DNA of 64,000 nucleotides from Corallochytrium limacisporum Hawaii (GCA_002811645.1 PDIP01000012.1:178452-242451); one strand, 5' to 3'. Positions 1 to 13,060 are shown, counted from the first letter of the stretch. Notes: generated from the sequence alone by a model not told the origin. Made by a program: numbers and translations.

Positions 1-1700
1 GGTCAGACAGAGTGCGGTGGGGATATATGAAACTCGAAGGCCATCTCACTGTGTAAGACTCAAAGTCGAGAGAAAGAGTGCCGACGAACACCCAAGAGGC
101 TCATGCAGTAGATCGACCGACCATAGAACCAGTCACCAGAAAAGGCATGACTACCAGACTTCATGGACTCTGCATATAGAGCGTCATCAGAACAAGAAAC
201 CCACCTGATTCATGCGACAACAGTATATTCATTGCTCGTACAGTACACATGGGACGTCGACCAGAAGCTAATGGACATCTAACCCTGTGAACACTATAGA
301 CATTGTAATGGAGTCAGCCTTCATCATGCACAGGTATGAAAAACAAACGGAGATTGTTGTATACAATCTCTTTCTTTTGGAAAAAGAGTCATCTTCTTGA
401 TGTGCGGGACTTTCTTAGGAAGACCATATCCAGTAAGGTATCTGCATGGCGCGGCATGCTCAAGTCTCTTCCACGGCTGGAGGCTGAAAGTACCCGTCGT
501 CATCATCAACTTCACGAGCTTCAAGCAGGTGGGTACTAGACCGCCACAACAAACATTCAAGGCATGCCCAAGGATGCACTGGTCTCGCAAAAGTCATACG
601 GCAGAGCCAATGCGATGGAATCGAGAATTTAGGTCGAGGATGTCTCAAAGTCGACGGGGACTTCGTGCCTTTGCACTAAGTCCGGGGTATGGCCTTCATT
701 TCAATTGTCCCGCGTTCGGAGGCGTCTGTTTCAGTTCCTCACCGATGCCAAGTTCGAAACCTTCACCGCGAAGGTTGTTGGGGTTGCGGTGAGTCAGTAT
801 GGACCTTTGGAAAACGGAGAGGAATGATAGCGAAGGGATTAGGTAATTCGACCATTTCAAATGATGACTGCTACTTCATCACCAAGTAGGGGAGCACCAA
901 GAATAGAATCCCAAAACGTCCAAACACGAACTAGACGAAGGGGTTATCAAAGTCCAAGGTCTCTGACCTCCCGCTTTTCTGGTCCTCCACTCACACAGGA
1001 GTTCCTCCTTCGCTCAAGGTTGGGAAGGACGCTGTTGCTTGGTTCTACTTGCTTCACTGCATGCGGAGGGCGCGCTACCTGATGAGAAAACGCAGGGCGG
1101 CAATATCATAGGTTGATCATCCGTCAGCATCTTCTCACCCATCGAACTTGAAACAGCAAGACACGCAATGGCATCGTGACCTGGTTCTCAAATATTGGTG
1201 TTGACTAATCGTTCTGCGTGCGTGTGTCTCCCTTTGGCTGGGTGATCCCCAGAACATCGGAGCTGCCACTTAAAGATATGTGGGAGTAATGAAACCTGCA
1301 TGCATGGGTTTTGCTGCAGCAGTTCGAGCGAAAAAAAACCCTAGACGACTAGATCCAGGGCACGACGAAACTTGGGCGAACGTGGCGATAGTAAATTAAG
1401 AAGGAATTTTGGGATGGCCCCCTCTTTCTTGCGTGGATGGAAACGAGACGGAGAGATAATTTAGACAGTGAGCCAGAGGCGTGCAAGCCAAGACCATTGG
1501 CAACGTAAGACACTATTCACAGAGAAGGTGGTGTTTTTTTCTTCCATAAGAAATTGCCCGCAGTGTGTGAGGATCAGCCCATGGGTACACCTCCATATCA
1601 AGTGAAGGGGGAGGCGGAGACACTCTTCGCTCCCGCATGCGCGGCCCGCGGTGGTGGGCGAGAAGGTAAGGCAATGTGGAGAGTTTCTTTTTAGTTCCCG

Positions 1701-1740
1701 TTCGTGTGTAGAATGAAACCTTCGTGTGTAGAATGAAACC
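1701..1740. repeat. Exact 20-bp tandem duplication (TTCGTGTGTAGAATGAAACC x2)
   Basis: Two identical adjacent copies at 1701-1720 and 1721-1740. Confidence 0.95.
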
Positions 1741-2998
1741 CAGAAATGACACTCTTTGTTGTGTGCGTAAACAAAAAGTGTTAGGGGTTAGAACGTAGGA
1801 CCACGCACTCGAACGAAAAAATTGACAGCAATGAAATTCGAGGCAAAGCGGAGTAAAAAAATAGGTGTTTGTTTGCGAAGCATGTCAAGTTTTCGTATTA
1901 CTATTATGGAAGCGCTCGATCTGGTGTCCGCTCATCTCCTCCTCCCGTATTTTCCTTCTTTTTTTGTTCTGTCGCACCCCCGCCCGTTCCCACCTTTTCC
2001 CCCTTTTTCCTCGGGTCCGCTCAGGTGCCAGGCAAGACTCTTTTTGTTTCCGATCGCTGTTCTCTCCTTCAAGAGAGCCTGTTCGCTCGGGTGTGTGTGT
2101 GTGTGTCTCCGTCGTCGTGTTCGGGTTCCACCCCTGGTTTCCTTTGCTTGCACCAGGTCTAAGTCGCGGTGTCTATTGTGGATGTCCCCCGGTGTTTCTC
2201 TCTGTTTCTCTCACCATGTCTCTTGCTCAGCGTTCTTGCCCTTCTCCCCGGTGCGCATGCCGGACGTTCCCTGGGAGGTGAATCCCGTGGTTCCCTTTTC
2301 CCCTTTTCTCTCCCCCTTTCCCCCTTCCTTTCCCGGGCGCGCCTCGAAAAGAAAGCTTCGGGGAGAGGGGGCGGGATTTGGTAACCGTTCCCTTCTCACT
2401 GTTGTGTCCCTCGCAAGGTCGTTCGAAGCTTCCGTACGCCTCTCTCTTCAGATCCTTCCCTTTCAAGACATGGCCATGCACGGCCATGCAGTGATACTCT
2501 CACAGCAGAACCTTGAAAGCATCCATGAACATCATCATCTATCATTCAATCATCATCAGCCATCGTTCATCCTCCCTGAGAAAGGCCCCCGACGGCTTAG
2601 TCACAGTGGTAAGCAAGCAGTAGGGATTTTGGAAGTAAAAGTTTTAGATATCGTTCTAGTTATCTGAACAAAGCGCTTGGTGGTCAAGCACGTCTGTTGT
2701 AGTACAATACATACTGGTAATTCGAGGTAAAGTTGAAAAAAAAATAGAAAGTCGCAGGTGAACAATATTGGACTTATGCCGTAAAGTATATGACAATGAT
2801 GGGCATGGGCCGTCGGTGTCTGAGCTTACAGGTTTGAAGGGAGAACTATTGAAGTTTTCCGGAATTGTAGGCAACCCCTTTAGTCGGAACATGCAAACCT
2901 GGTGTTTCATACTGAAAGCATGAACTTTTGGCACCGAAGGGGAAAAGAGAAGGAAGGGTGTGTTTGGGGGAGGAGGAGGGGGGGGGGAGAGGAGCCAG

Positions 2999-3283
2999 NN
3001 NNNNNNNNNNNNNNNNNNNNNNNNNNNNNNNNNNNNNNNNNNNNNNNNNNNNNNNNNNNNNNNNNNNNNNNNNNNNNNNNNNNNNNNNNNNNNNNNNNNN
3101 NNNNNNNNNNNNNNNNNNNNNNNNNNNNNNNNNNNNNNNNNNNNNNNNNNNNNNNNNNNNNNNNNNNNNNNNNNNNNNNNNNNNNNNNNNNNNNNNNNNN
3201 NNNNNNNNNNNNNNNNNNNNNNNNNNNNNNNNNNNNNNNNNNNNNNNNNNNNNNNNNNNNNNNNNNNNNNNNNNNNNNNNNNN
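2999..3283. other. Assembly gap (N) flanked by poly-G/purine tracts
   Basis: Run of N with G-run-rich sequence on both sides. Confidence 0.99.
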
Positions 3284-3811
3284 GGGGAAAGCGCTGAGAA
3301 GGGGAAAGGGGGGGAGGGGAGGGGGGAGGGGAGAGGGGAGGAGGTGAAACGTCAAACAAAGGGAGAAGGGGAAGGGAAGGACACGGTTTCGAGCACGCTA
3401 CAATAAGGGATTCATTCATTTCAATCCACTGAGTACCTGGACTCTACAACAAAGGGCATAAAAGACACAGCAACCGAGAGTGGAAGAGATTGGCAACGCA
3501 AGCAAGGGAAAGACTAGCAAGACTGCATGAACAGACCACCAAACTTTGATGAAAGTGTTTCGTGTTACGTAGTGTGGACGTGTTCTTTTGCCATTCTACT
3601 TGGCTATTTGACAGCTGGCACCAGGAGAACGAAAGGTATTGATCCGAGGTTTGAGTCCAATATCATACTATTCACATTAGAGCAGGCTTTCAACACAGAT
3701 AGAAAGACCATCATGTTAACAGTTTTCTGACCACTGATTCGCATAGGAGTTATCAAAAAGGTAAAGAATCCTACACTCATACACACAAGCAACTCGACGT
3801 AAACTGGCGCA

Positions 3812-4264
3812 ATGTCGATCCAGGAAGCACAAAACACTGGCAGCGCGGATAATCCAAACCAAATGTCGTCCTATGCTGATATGGTTCAGAAGTACGATGC
3901 ATACATCAACAGTAGATCAGACTACGTAGAGTATCAGCAGAAACAGCAGACCGAGGGCAACGAAGAGACTTGCCGGCGATCCATATCACCAGGAACCGGT
4001 CAGCACGGACAGGGAGAATCCCCATCGGCGGGTCAGACCACAGCACGAAGTGACAGCACTTCAACCGCTCCGGCCACTGTGCCCCCGCATCCGAGTGAAG
4101 GGGTGAAGTACCCTTCACGAACCCACCACACAACTACCGAGAGCGGTGCATCGTCTGCCCCACCATCGCAACAGTATCCACCGTCTGCCATTCAAGCGCA
4201 GGCACCTCAGCAGCAACAACCACAACATCAGCAGCAACAACAGCATCAACAACAACAACAACAG

Positions 4265-4296
<32 letters not shown>

Positions 4297-5635
4297 AATG
4301 CCACACACGTCGTCCCAACAAAGGCAGCGGCATGTTCAACAGCAACAGCTGCCACAGCCTCAACCACAACCACAGCAGACGATTGGCAACAACAGCAGCA
4401 GTGCTACTAATAGTCCCAAGACCTCATATGGACAGACAGGGTCAACAACTCCACAGTATCATCCCATGCCACAGCAACCCCAGCAGCAAGGCCAAGGTAT
4501 TGTAGGATCATCTCAGCAACAGCAGCCACCGCCGACGCAGGCGGCGCAGCCACCGACGCGGTCCTCCGCAGACACATCGTCCTTCAAACCTCCGCTTGTG
4601 AGGCAGCAGTCGCATCCATCGATGCTTCAGCAACAGCAACAGTCCCCATCAGCGTTTAAGTCCTCGCCTGTTATGCGCCAACAGTCACATCCGAGCGTTC
4701 CCCCGCCGCCACAACAGCAGCAGCCGCAGCAGCCTCCGCCGCCACAGCAACCACAGCAGCCTCCGCAGCCACTGCAGCCCCAACAAGCACAGCAGCCACC
4801 GCAGCAACAGCAATACTGGCAGCAGCCACCACAACCTCAACAACAGCAGCAAATGCCCTATTCTCCATACTGGCAGCCGCAGCAAAGAATGCCGCAGCCA
4901 CCGATGCCTCAGCAACAGCAGCAGCGTCAGTGGCGGCAACAGCAGCCTCAACAGCCAGCAACGTACCACGACTATGGAGCATACGCTGCCACAAACCCGG
5001 ACTCAGCTCGTGTCCCACAGCAACAGGGACCGCCGCTGGAGCGTCAGTCATCGTATGCGCCGCCGCAACAACAGCAGCAGCCACAGACGGAGTTCAACCC
5101 AGGATATCCCTCCCTGTACCATGAGCATCCGCAGCAGCCGCAACAGCAACCGCAACAGCAACAGCAACCCTATGGCGGCAACAGCGCTGGCAGCAACAAG
5201 ATGATGTCCCGATACAGCTGGAATTCTCCGATGGACCATCAACGAATGACCCAGCAGCACACAATGCACCATCATCATCCTCCTATGCGACACACCATGG
5301 CCGCCCCATATCACCACCCGTACGCGCCCAAGCGCGCGTACCCCACGCACAATCTGGGCATGATCAAGACCCATGATGGTGACCTGGGCAGGCTGGACTA
5401 CGTCCCTTGCGACAATCCGAATTGTGAGAGTCGAATCTGGCACCTTGAGCTCGTGTGCCAGAATTGTAACACCGAGCGCACCGGCGAACGCATGCGACGC
5501 GAGGCCGTCTTTGGACCCATGCCTGCGAAATGGAAAGGTCCGTGCAAGGGACACCGACAGTGCCAGAACTGTGGATGGCGGGTCGGAGCCCGGACACGGA
5601 GTCGTCAGTGTGCATGGTGCCTGCAACCCTTCTAG
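3812..5635 (+). CDS. Q/P-rich low-complexity protein with C-terminal Cys-rich zinc-binding modules (putative transcription regulator)
   Basis: 607-aa ORF with ATG start. Contains polyQ and PQ tracts; C-terminus has CDNPNC...CQNC and KGHRQCQNCG...CAWC..F zinc-ribbon/treble-clef-like motifs. Confidence 0.85.
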
Positions 5636-7424
5636 GTCATCATCAGCGCACCAAGTCAGCAGTGGACAGTGGTCTATTCTTCTTCATGCACTAGATCATG
5701 ATCCATCATATTCACCGAATTATCAACTCGTTTGCGAACAAAGTGAGCGAATCGTCCCAGACATGAGATAAAGAACCGTAACGCTAAGCACTGTGGTGCA
5801 TAGACATCGACAATCGTTGCTATTTATGTGGCTCAGCATCGCGCGGGTAGATCCACTGCGCTGATAACAGCGGACCGCGCGCAGAGGTGCTTCCATTTGG
5901 TCCCTAAGACACAGACCGCCTTCGGCAGACTTAAAAAGTATTCCCGCCTTGCCTTCGTTTGAAAAGTCTGCGTTACCATCTAAGAAGACCTAGCATGCAT
6001 AAGCATGCATTCCGAATTACTCCACAAGGCAACTCGGCCCGCATATTCGATTATGCCTACTTATCTGGCTACTCTCTTGCTATCGGTTTGGTCCGCGACG
6101 GACGGAAAGCGAGAAGGTCTCTTACACTCCCACATTCTCCAGCCAGACACCATGTTGCATGGTGGCACGAGAACCTTCGACATCAGGAAATACTTAGAAT
6201 TCCTGTGTGTATGGTTAGGTGAGTACGCGCGCGTGTGCGTATGTGTGTGTGTGTGTGTATGTGTAAGAGCTTGCGCCTGTCAACGGGAATCTTGGGCAAG
6301 AAAAACCCAAAATGCAACTTTTGCAGTTCCAAAGCGCACAACAGCTTTTCCTTTTTTCCCTTTTGGTTGGAGGGAAGGGGGGGAGGTGCGTTGGTGGTAA
6401 CACCTGCGTTTTTCCTTTTTTCTTTTTCAATTTTTTTTTCCAGGCTACGCAGAACGGAAATCGAGAACCCGTAAAACGAGGGAGAAATTACAAAAAGGAT
6501 AAGGGAGCGCAGCAGCGGTGAAGGAGGGGGGGGAGGGAGGAGGGAACCAGGTGTCGTCGGGTCGGTCGTCCGCCCGCGATGATGATGAACAGCCCGCGAG
6601 CGCCGGCCTTTCGAAAACGCATTCGGGCCTCTAATTGTTATCTGGGCCCATAAGCCCGGCATCGACCGAACCATCTCAAGGCCTATCCATTATCGAAGGA
6701 CCGTGGATTTTTTTCTCGGTTTCCGCGTAATCCTCCATGCAGAAGCCTACCAACCAAGACCCGATAGGGCCATCCGTCCGAATACGTATGCGTGGGTGCG
6801 CATATTCAATTGCTACGACAAAATAATGAAATTTGAAAAACAAAAGAAAAAAAAGGGGTTGAATCAGCATCGTCATCATCGCATTCAACAAAAGGCCGCA
6901 CAACACGGGATAGCTCACTTAGGTCAAAAGCCACTCACCCACACACCCTCACACCAACCACAACAACCACCATCACGCCCCAAACAAAAAAAAAATAGAC
7001 CATCCGTGCAAAGAAATACGAACGATCGCTGATACGCAGTCACCAATTGGAACAGAAGTATGGGATTAATGTCATAGAACATGGTAATGGCGCCCATCCG
7101 AAGTCAAAGTATTTTCGAAGCAGGTGGTGGTGGGGTGAAGCAAGCCAGCAAGATGGTGTTTTATATTTCTTTCTTTATTTTCTTCTTTTCTTTAGTGTTT
7201 GTTTGAAGTTCTATTCCTTTTGTTCTTTTTTTTTCTATTATTTGATGTGTTTTTCTATTCTATTTGCAAGGAAGTGGAAGTTGGTGTGGAGGTGTTGGTG
7301 GGCAAGAAAGAGCAAGGACGCACGGCGTACTAACGGCGGACATTCGTCACTGATTTTAAAGAGAAAAAGAGGGGCGTATTTCGGAGGGCGACCACCACAA
7401 ATCCCCTTCCCCTCCTCCAACTTT

Positions 7425-7506
7425 TCTCTCTCTGTCTCTCTCTCTGTCTCTGTCTCTCTCTCTCTCTGTCTCTGTCTCTCGCTCTCTCTCTGTGTCTCTG
7501 TCTCTG
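7425..7506. repeat. Compound (TC)n/(TCTG)n microsatellite
   Basis: Directly visible dinucleotide tract. Confidence 0.9.
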
Positions 7507-9663
7507 TGCCCGGCCGGATGAGGAGAAGAGAGAGGGCCCCCCCCGTTCCAGGGGCCCCGCTCCCCCTTGGGGGGAAGGACAGAACATGGGAACAAAACGA
7601 ACGGGAAACAAAAAATACACAGCAGGGCGGCCGGCTTTATTTTTTTTCTTTTCTTTCCGGTTTCTTTTTTTGTTTTCTTTTTCTTTCTTTGTGGGCACGG
7701 ACACAAGACCCAGAAGTTGCAATGCATAAAAACTTGGCCGTTTGGGTTGTCCCGTCAGTGTTTTTTATGGAGAATTTAGGGTACGAGAACTTAACCGATA
7801 TTTCAAAATGCCCGTTGGAAATGAAAATCGCGAGTTAAGGGGGTTTTACCAGTTCATGATGAAAAAGATAGATTACGGAGGCTGATAGGAATATACTAGT
7901 AGTAAGCAATTCAAGCGATAGCTTGCCACTCTTACGATTCTGTTGCCGATGGCACCCAGGCTATCTAATTGATATGCTCCCCCCCCTGCCCCTCCCCTTT
8001 CCTCTCTCCCTTCCTCTCTCTCCCCGCCCCATACGCACACACCTGGGGCCATTGCTTAATGCTGACTGACTGACTATAGAATCACTGGCCGTTTTAATAA
8101 ACCGCCCCGGGGGTGTTCTTGGCAAGTAATTTTGTGTGTTTTCATGCGCCTCACTGTGCCATCTATCTCTCTCTCTCTCTCTCTCCCCGCGTTGATAATT
8201 AAAGAATAATGTAAAAAAGAAGAAGAAGAATTAACAAAAGAAAACCACGGGGAGGGGTGTGGTGAAGAAGGGAGCGAAGGCGAACAAAAAATAATGAACA
8301 ATGATGGATAAGAGTGGGAGCTGGGAAATGGAGTAAGGGAGGAAGGAAGGGAAGAGAGGGGGAGGGGAGAGAGAGAGAGAGAGACAGAGAGAGGGGGAAT
8401 GATGAGAAATCTGAGTTCACAATAAGGAAGAAATACAGAGCAATAAAACCATATAGGTGTTTGCCTAAGGTACGGAGTAAGTACCGTTAAGTTTTTTTTA
8501 TTCTTCCGTCGTTCGGCGAAAACGGGATGAATCATTCGCAGAAATCATCAAACCCCCCGGTTATTTATTCATTCGGCCCGTTGTTGTTGTTCAATATTTT
8601 ATCGTGATGAAAGGTGATATCGCACACGAAGGTCCAACACCGTGCACGGAATTGATGGGAGGTACGTAACAACAGAACGTTTTGATGCAGTGATTATGTT
8701 TCGGTTTCTCAAACATTAGCGCAACTACCGCAGATAGGGTGCACCTATATTGCTGCACACGGGGAGGGGGACCGATCGTCACATGGACACGTTTGGCACC
8801 TAATTCTGTGCTCGGCCATGCGTGCACCCAAGCAGCTACCCACACAACACATGTTGTGTTCGGTCAGCAATCAGAATTGATTTTCCTTGTTTTCACACAA
8901 GAAACACACCCCGGGAAGCAAATTCGCGTTCATCATTATGTCTTGTGTCCCTTTTTTCCTTCGTACAATGCCGCTGAGTGCATCAAGTGATCCCCCTTTT
9001 CTTTGCTTAAGGCTGTCAAGTATGGCAACCTTGTGGGCTTGAACCGTACCTAAAGTTTTTTAATCTCGAGCAATCCCCCAGGTTCTCCATGATGGACAGT
9101 GGGGGCTGGGGAATTAGTACTTGGAGTCATCAAGAGGGGATCTGCAGAATATGCTGGGTGTGTGTTGTTGTGTGTGCTGTGCGCGGTTGATAGAGACGGC
9201 ACACGGGGAGCGGCCACCGAGGAAGATCAGGCGATACAACAAAACAAGAAGATGATGAGTTTCAGGGGGTAACAGTCCAAGGGAACAGTCCAACCCTACG
9301 TGAGACTCGATCAACGGGAATTGTCCAATTCCTTTCTTCCTTATATTGCGGGTGACCGCAATGAGGGAGCGAAAAAGGCAAGATAAACTGTGAGTTATTC
9401 TTCCAAATATTAGCCGGTTCAGCGAGCCGCTCCCGTATTTTCCCCCGCGCCGGCGGGTTCGCTGTTGCCCGTTTGGCCCGTTGTTGCCCTTGTTTGTATT
9501 CGGCCGTTATTCAGGGCCGGCGCGCACCCGAGGCCCCGGGGGCTCCCCCCCCTCCCCCGAACCCCCTCCCCTCCTCTTTCTTTTTTCGTTCCCCAGCGGG
9601 AGGGGCCCCGCCCCGCTTCCCTCCTTGCTATGACCTAGAGAGTTCAGGCCCCCCCCCCAAAAA

Positions 9664-9879
9664 NNNNNNNNNNNNNNNNNNNNNNNNNNNNNNNNNNNNN
9701 NNNNNNNNNNNNNNNNNNNNNNNNNNNNNNNNNNNNNNNNNNNNNNNNNNNNNNNNNNNNNNNNNNNNNNNNNNNNNNNNNNNNNNNNNNNNNNNNNNNN
9801 NNNNNNNNNNNNNNNNNNNNNNNNNNNNNNNNNNNNNNNNNNNNNNNNNNNNNNNNNNNNNNNNNNNNNNNNNNNNNNN
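9664..9879. other. Assembly gap (N) flanked by poly-C tracts
   Basis: Run of N with C-run-rich flanks. Confidence 0.99.
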
Positions 9880-10544
9880 AAACCTTCTTCCCCTCTCCCC
9901 CCCCCCTTCCGGGCCTCCCCACCTTCGCTCCCGTTTTTCTCTCGCGGAAATGTTCCTTGTTCGGTGCTGCCGTTTGGGGTGCGTGCTGCCAACTCTAGAA
10001 CAGTTGCCCCCTCTCTCTCCCTTTTCGTCGTTTCAGTCGGTCGCGGCCTTCATTGCGCTGCCGCAGCCTTGGCCCCGCTCGGAGTTGGCGTAATAAAGAA
10101 AAGTCCGTATATCAGAGTTTTCTTCGACCGGTGGTAAAGCGTTTGATTAGTATGATTTCATAGTGATTAAAGTGGCTGGCGAAGGCGGCAGGGCATGCGT
10201 GTGTGTTGGGATCCCCCCACCCTACACGTCCAGAACAAAACTTCAGGTATCTACACAGTCTTTCCCGACTGTTCACCAGAAGGGGGGGGGGGCGGAGCCC
10301 ACCGTGTACTGCACAATATGCAGCGACCGTAATTAATTCCATGGGGCAGTACGCGCATGTGCCAACCATTTCTGTCTTGTAGATTCAACCGCTTTACATG
10401 ATCAGGGCTCTGTGGGAACACTATTTAAGGAACTTAGAGAGCTCACAGTATTCATTTGTGATACGTTGGCAGACCATAAGGAGACACACGGAGTAGGTTT
10501 GACTTAGAAGCATTTGACAATTACTTGTGGCAAATTTTGTAACC

Positions 10545-11060
10545 ATGAATTTCGAAAAAGCAGTATCCAATGCCCTGGACTCTGGGTCTGTGCAGCCCCA
10601 GAAGGACCGCAAGCCGGAAGTGCGCGGGAATTTGGACAACATCGGAAAGGACGTTGGGAATGATCAAGAGCTCGAAGAGGCCTGGGCCCGCAAGGCTTTC
10701 CTCCATGCCGAAAACTACGACACTCTGCTGAAGCTGCGCAAGGGATCCACCATTTCCCTGACCGACAACGACAACGAGATTATCCACGCATTCCGTGAGG
10801 AGTTCCCGGACTTGGACGTGAAAAATCTCAAAGATTCGGATTTGAAGAGCGACGCGGCCAAGGAGAAGTGGCGTAAGTTCAGCGGGAAGGTGGAGGCCTT
10901 CGTAGATGACCATAATTACGGCACTCTGCTACGCCTCACCGCTGAGAAACCTGTCGATCAAGATAATTCCATCTTGCACTTCCGCAGCGGCTGGGTTGCT
11001 ATTGAGGCTGTACGCAACCGGGAAGGCATGAATGACCATCTTTACGTAGGGTCTTGCTGA
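10545..11060 (+). CDS. PBDC1: Polysaccharide biosynthesis domain-containing protein (PBDC1/YPL225W family)
   Basis: Family motifs ELEEAWARKA..HAE.Y, LT..D.EI...FREEFPDL, LKS..AKEKWRKF, DHNYGTLLR, AIE..RNREG.ND. First ATG is at 10545; the ORF track starts at an upstream GTG. Confidence 0.88.
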   Translation: MNFEKAVSNALDSGSVQPQKDRKPEVRGNLDNIGKDVGNDQELEEAWARKAFLHAENYDTLLKLRKGSTISLTDNDNEIIHAFREEFPDLDVKNLKDSDLKSDAAKEKWRKFSGKVEAFVDDHNYGTLLRLTAEKPVDQDNSILHFRSGWVAIEAVRNREGMNDHLYVGSC

Positions 11061-11201
11061 TAGGGTGCTGCCTAATCAATTAAAGAATCAAATCCTGTAG
11101 TTTGTATACCACGGTTGTAATCAATCGATATCAGAAATTTAGATGCTCTATGTTACATGTCACTTTGAATTGAAGGTGATCACCGTCGCAGGAACAATAC
11201 C

Positions 11202-12245
11202 TCATGATGATGAGCCGGGTTTGGTCCCGGGTGCAGTGCGTGGATCAGTTGGCTGCTGCTCAGCTTGCCGAATCTCCGCCAAGATGTCTGCGGCGCCCAT
11301 GCCAATCATATCCTGCGCCAATTTTTCGCCACACTGCTCAGCATCAGCTCGCGATGCTACTGTCCCAGTGACCGTGTGTCGGACACTCTTTTTGCCATCG
11401 ATACTGAACACTCCACCCGTCAAGGTCAGCTCGAAGCTTCCGGCGCCTTTCTCTAGTGCACTGTTCACTGCAACGGGCACAGAACAGCCACCCTCAAGCG
11501 TGCGCATGAAGGCCCGTTCTGCATGGCACCGGAGCGCCGTCTCCTGACATTCCAGTACCTTGACGGCCTCTAGCGTTGTCAGGTCATCGGCACGGGTCTC
11601 AATTCCGAGGGCACCCTGACCGACTGCGTGTAGGCACTGATCACCGTTAAAATCTTGCGAAATGCGTTCTGACCACCCCATGCGTAGCACTCCTGCCTTT
11701 GCCAAGATAAGGGCATCGTACTGTGGATCATCTTCCTTATCAAGTTTAGCAAGACGCGTGTTTAAATTCCCACGGACATCTGTGAAGGTTACATCGGGCC
11801 TGAGGAGCCGAAGCTGTGCGACACGGCGCACCGAACTGCTGCCGATAGTAGATCCCGCTGGCAGGTCGTGGATTGTTTTGTATTTGCCAATGTGCCGCTT
11901 CGCCAAAATCATAACATCTGCGGGGTCTTCACGCTCGGTGATTGCGCCGACGGTCATGTTCTCTGGCAGGGTGGTGGGGAGATCCTTGAGAGAATGGACC
12001 ACAAGGTCGACAGCTTTCTGCTCCAAGGCAATCTCCAGTTCTTTTGTAAAAAGTGACTTTTCACCAATCCTACTGAGCGCCCGATCCAAGATCTTGTCAC
12101 CAATGGTCTCCATGGTCTTAATCTCAATGGTGATATCATCTCCGTGGGCCTTCTGGAGCATGTCACGGACTTGGTGGGTCTGGATCATGGCCAACTGGCT
12201 CTTACGCGAGCCAATGCGCAGTACCTTCTGGCCCTCCATTGTCAT
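11202..12245 (-). CDS. HMBS: Porphobilinogen deaminase (hydroxymethylbilane synthase)
   Basis: RIGSRKSQLA, GEKSLFTKELE, DLVVHSLKDLPT, RGNLNTRL and LEGGCSVP (dipyrromethane-binding Cys) motifs. Confidence 0.98.
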   Translation of the reverse strand: MTMEGQKVLRIGSRKSQLAMIQTHQVRDMLQKAHGDDITIEIKTMETIGDKILDRALSRIGEKSLFTKELEIALEQKAVDLVVHSLKDLPTTLPENMTVGAITEREDPADVMILAKRHIGKYKTIHDLPAGSTIGSSSVRRVAQLRLLRPDVTFTDVRGNLNTRLAKLDKEDDPQYDALILAKAGVLRMGWSERISQDFNGDQCLHAVGQGALGIETRADDLTTLEAVKVLECQETALRCHAERAFMRTLEGGCSVPVAVNSALEKGAGSFELTLTGGVFSIDGKKSVRHTVTGTVASRADAEQCGEKLAQDMIGMGAADILAEIRQAEQQPTDPRTAPGTKPGSSS

Positions 12246-13060
12246 TCTTGTGTCTTTTTTTTGCGTATCTTGCTAGTTGATTTCAAATGTACTAAATTCA
12301 AATGGTATAGTCAGCGTACCATAGCGATTTTCACTTCTACGGTGCTTAAATCTGCTATATCAGGACCAAGAAACTATGTCTCGCCTTGTCCACGCGGGTG
12401 ATGCCCTCGTAACCCACACTCATGAGAGTGCTTGAACATTCTGAAATACCCCAAAAAAGGCTTAAAGCAGTCTAATGCCTCTGAACACGCCATACTCTTT
12501 CACACTAGAAACCCTGCAGAAACAATGAACCCGGAGAGCAGTATCCAATTGTGCTCCCTTGGTTCGAAACGACCTGGAGATGGAATGCCTCGGAGTCTCG
12601 TGGTGCGGTGGGAAGAGCCCTTTCGGAGATCACCACCCCTCCGCACTCTTTTCATAACCGACACCAACCGCTGCGCCCACCCCCCCCAACCCCAACGTAC
12701 CCCTCTTTCAAATATTTTCTTCCTCCGTGCAGCTCACCATTAATAAAAATGGGCCCCGGTTCCCCAGGACGGGCGAAGCCGGTGATTGATGATCATCAAA
12801 GAGTGCAAGTACGCATACAAGCCGTGACATGGAACAGCTCTCGTAATGGATAACACATGCCCTACAATCTAGTCAACTGATCATTTATATTTTCATTTAT
12901 ATACATAAAATGGAAAGTGAATCAAAAGGTTTGTAAAGATCATAGGTCTAGCCTTCCCCTTTTCTCTAAAGATCGGCGATGACTACTGAACAAAGAGAAG
13001 GTACAAGACTGATTAATACAGGCTCTATCTGGCTGCTAGATTATTGCTTTGAGAGGTTCT

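Noticed and set aside
1075-1165. CTGATGAG followed later by GAAA, hammerhead-like
   Set aside because: The required stems I-III do not form.
1822-2667. 281-aa ORF and similar ORFs at 7047-7838, 58616-59320, 60669-61319 and 61150-61776
   Set aside because: These are artefacts of low-complexity, stop-poor microsatellite DNA and lack protein-like composition.
2846-3419. ORFs spanning N gaps (also 9473-10093 and the other frames over 20717-21905)
   Set aside because: Their length comes from the Ns; only the frame giving the transposase is supported.
9030-9110. B-box-like GGTTCAAGCCC on the minus strand (also GGTTCAAACCC near 33016)
   Set aside because: No cloverleaf or A-box could be built, so these are not tRNAs.
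11046-11215. PBDC1 ends ...GSC-TGA-TAG, suggesting a terminal Cys-Sec, with a GTGAT-12nt-AA hairpin at 11176-11214 resembling a SECIS
   Set aside because: The helix only pairs in a register that lacks the 3' GA of the tandem G.A quartet. It also overlaps the HMBS stop region, tandem stops are common, and PBDC1 is not a known selenoprotein.
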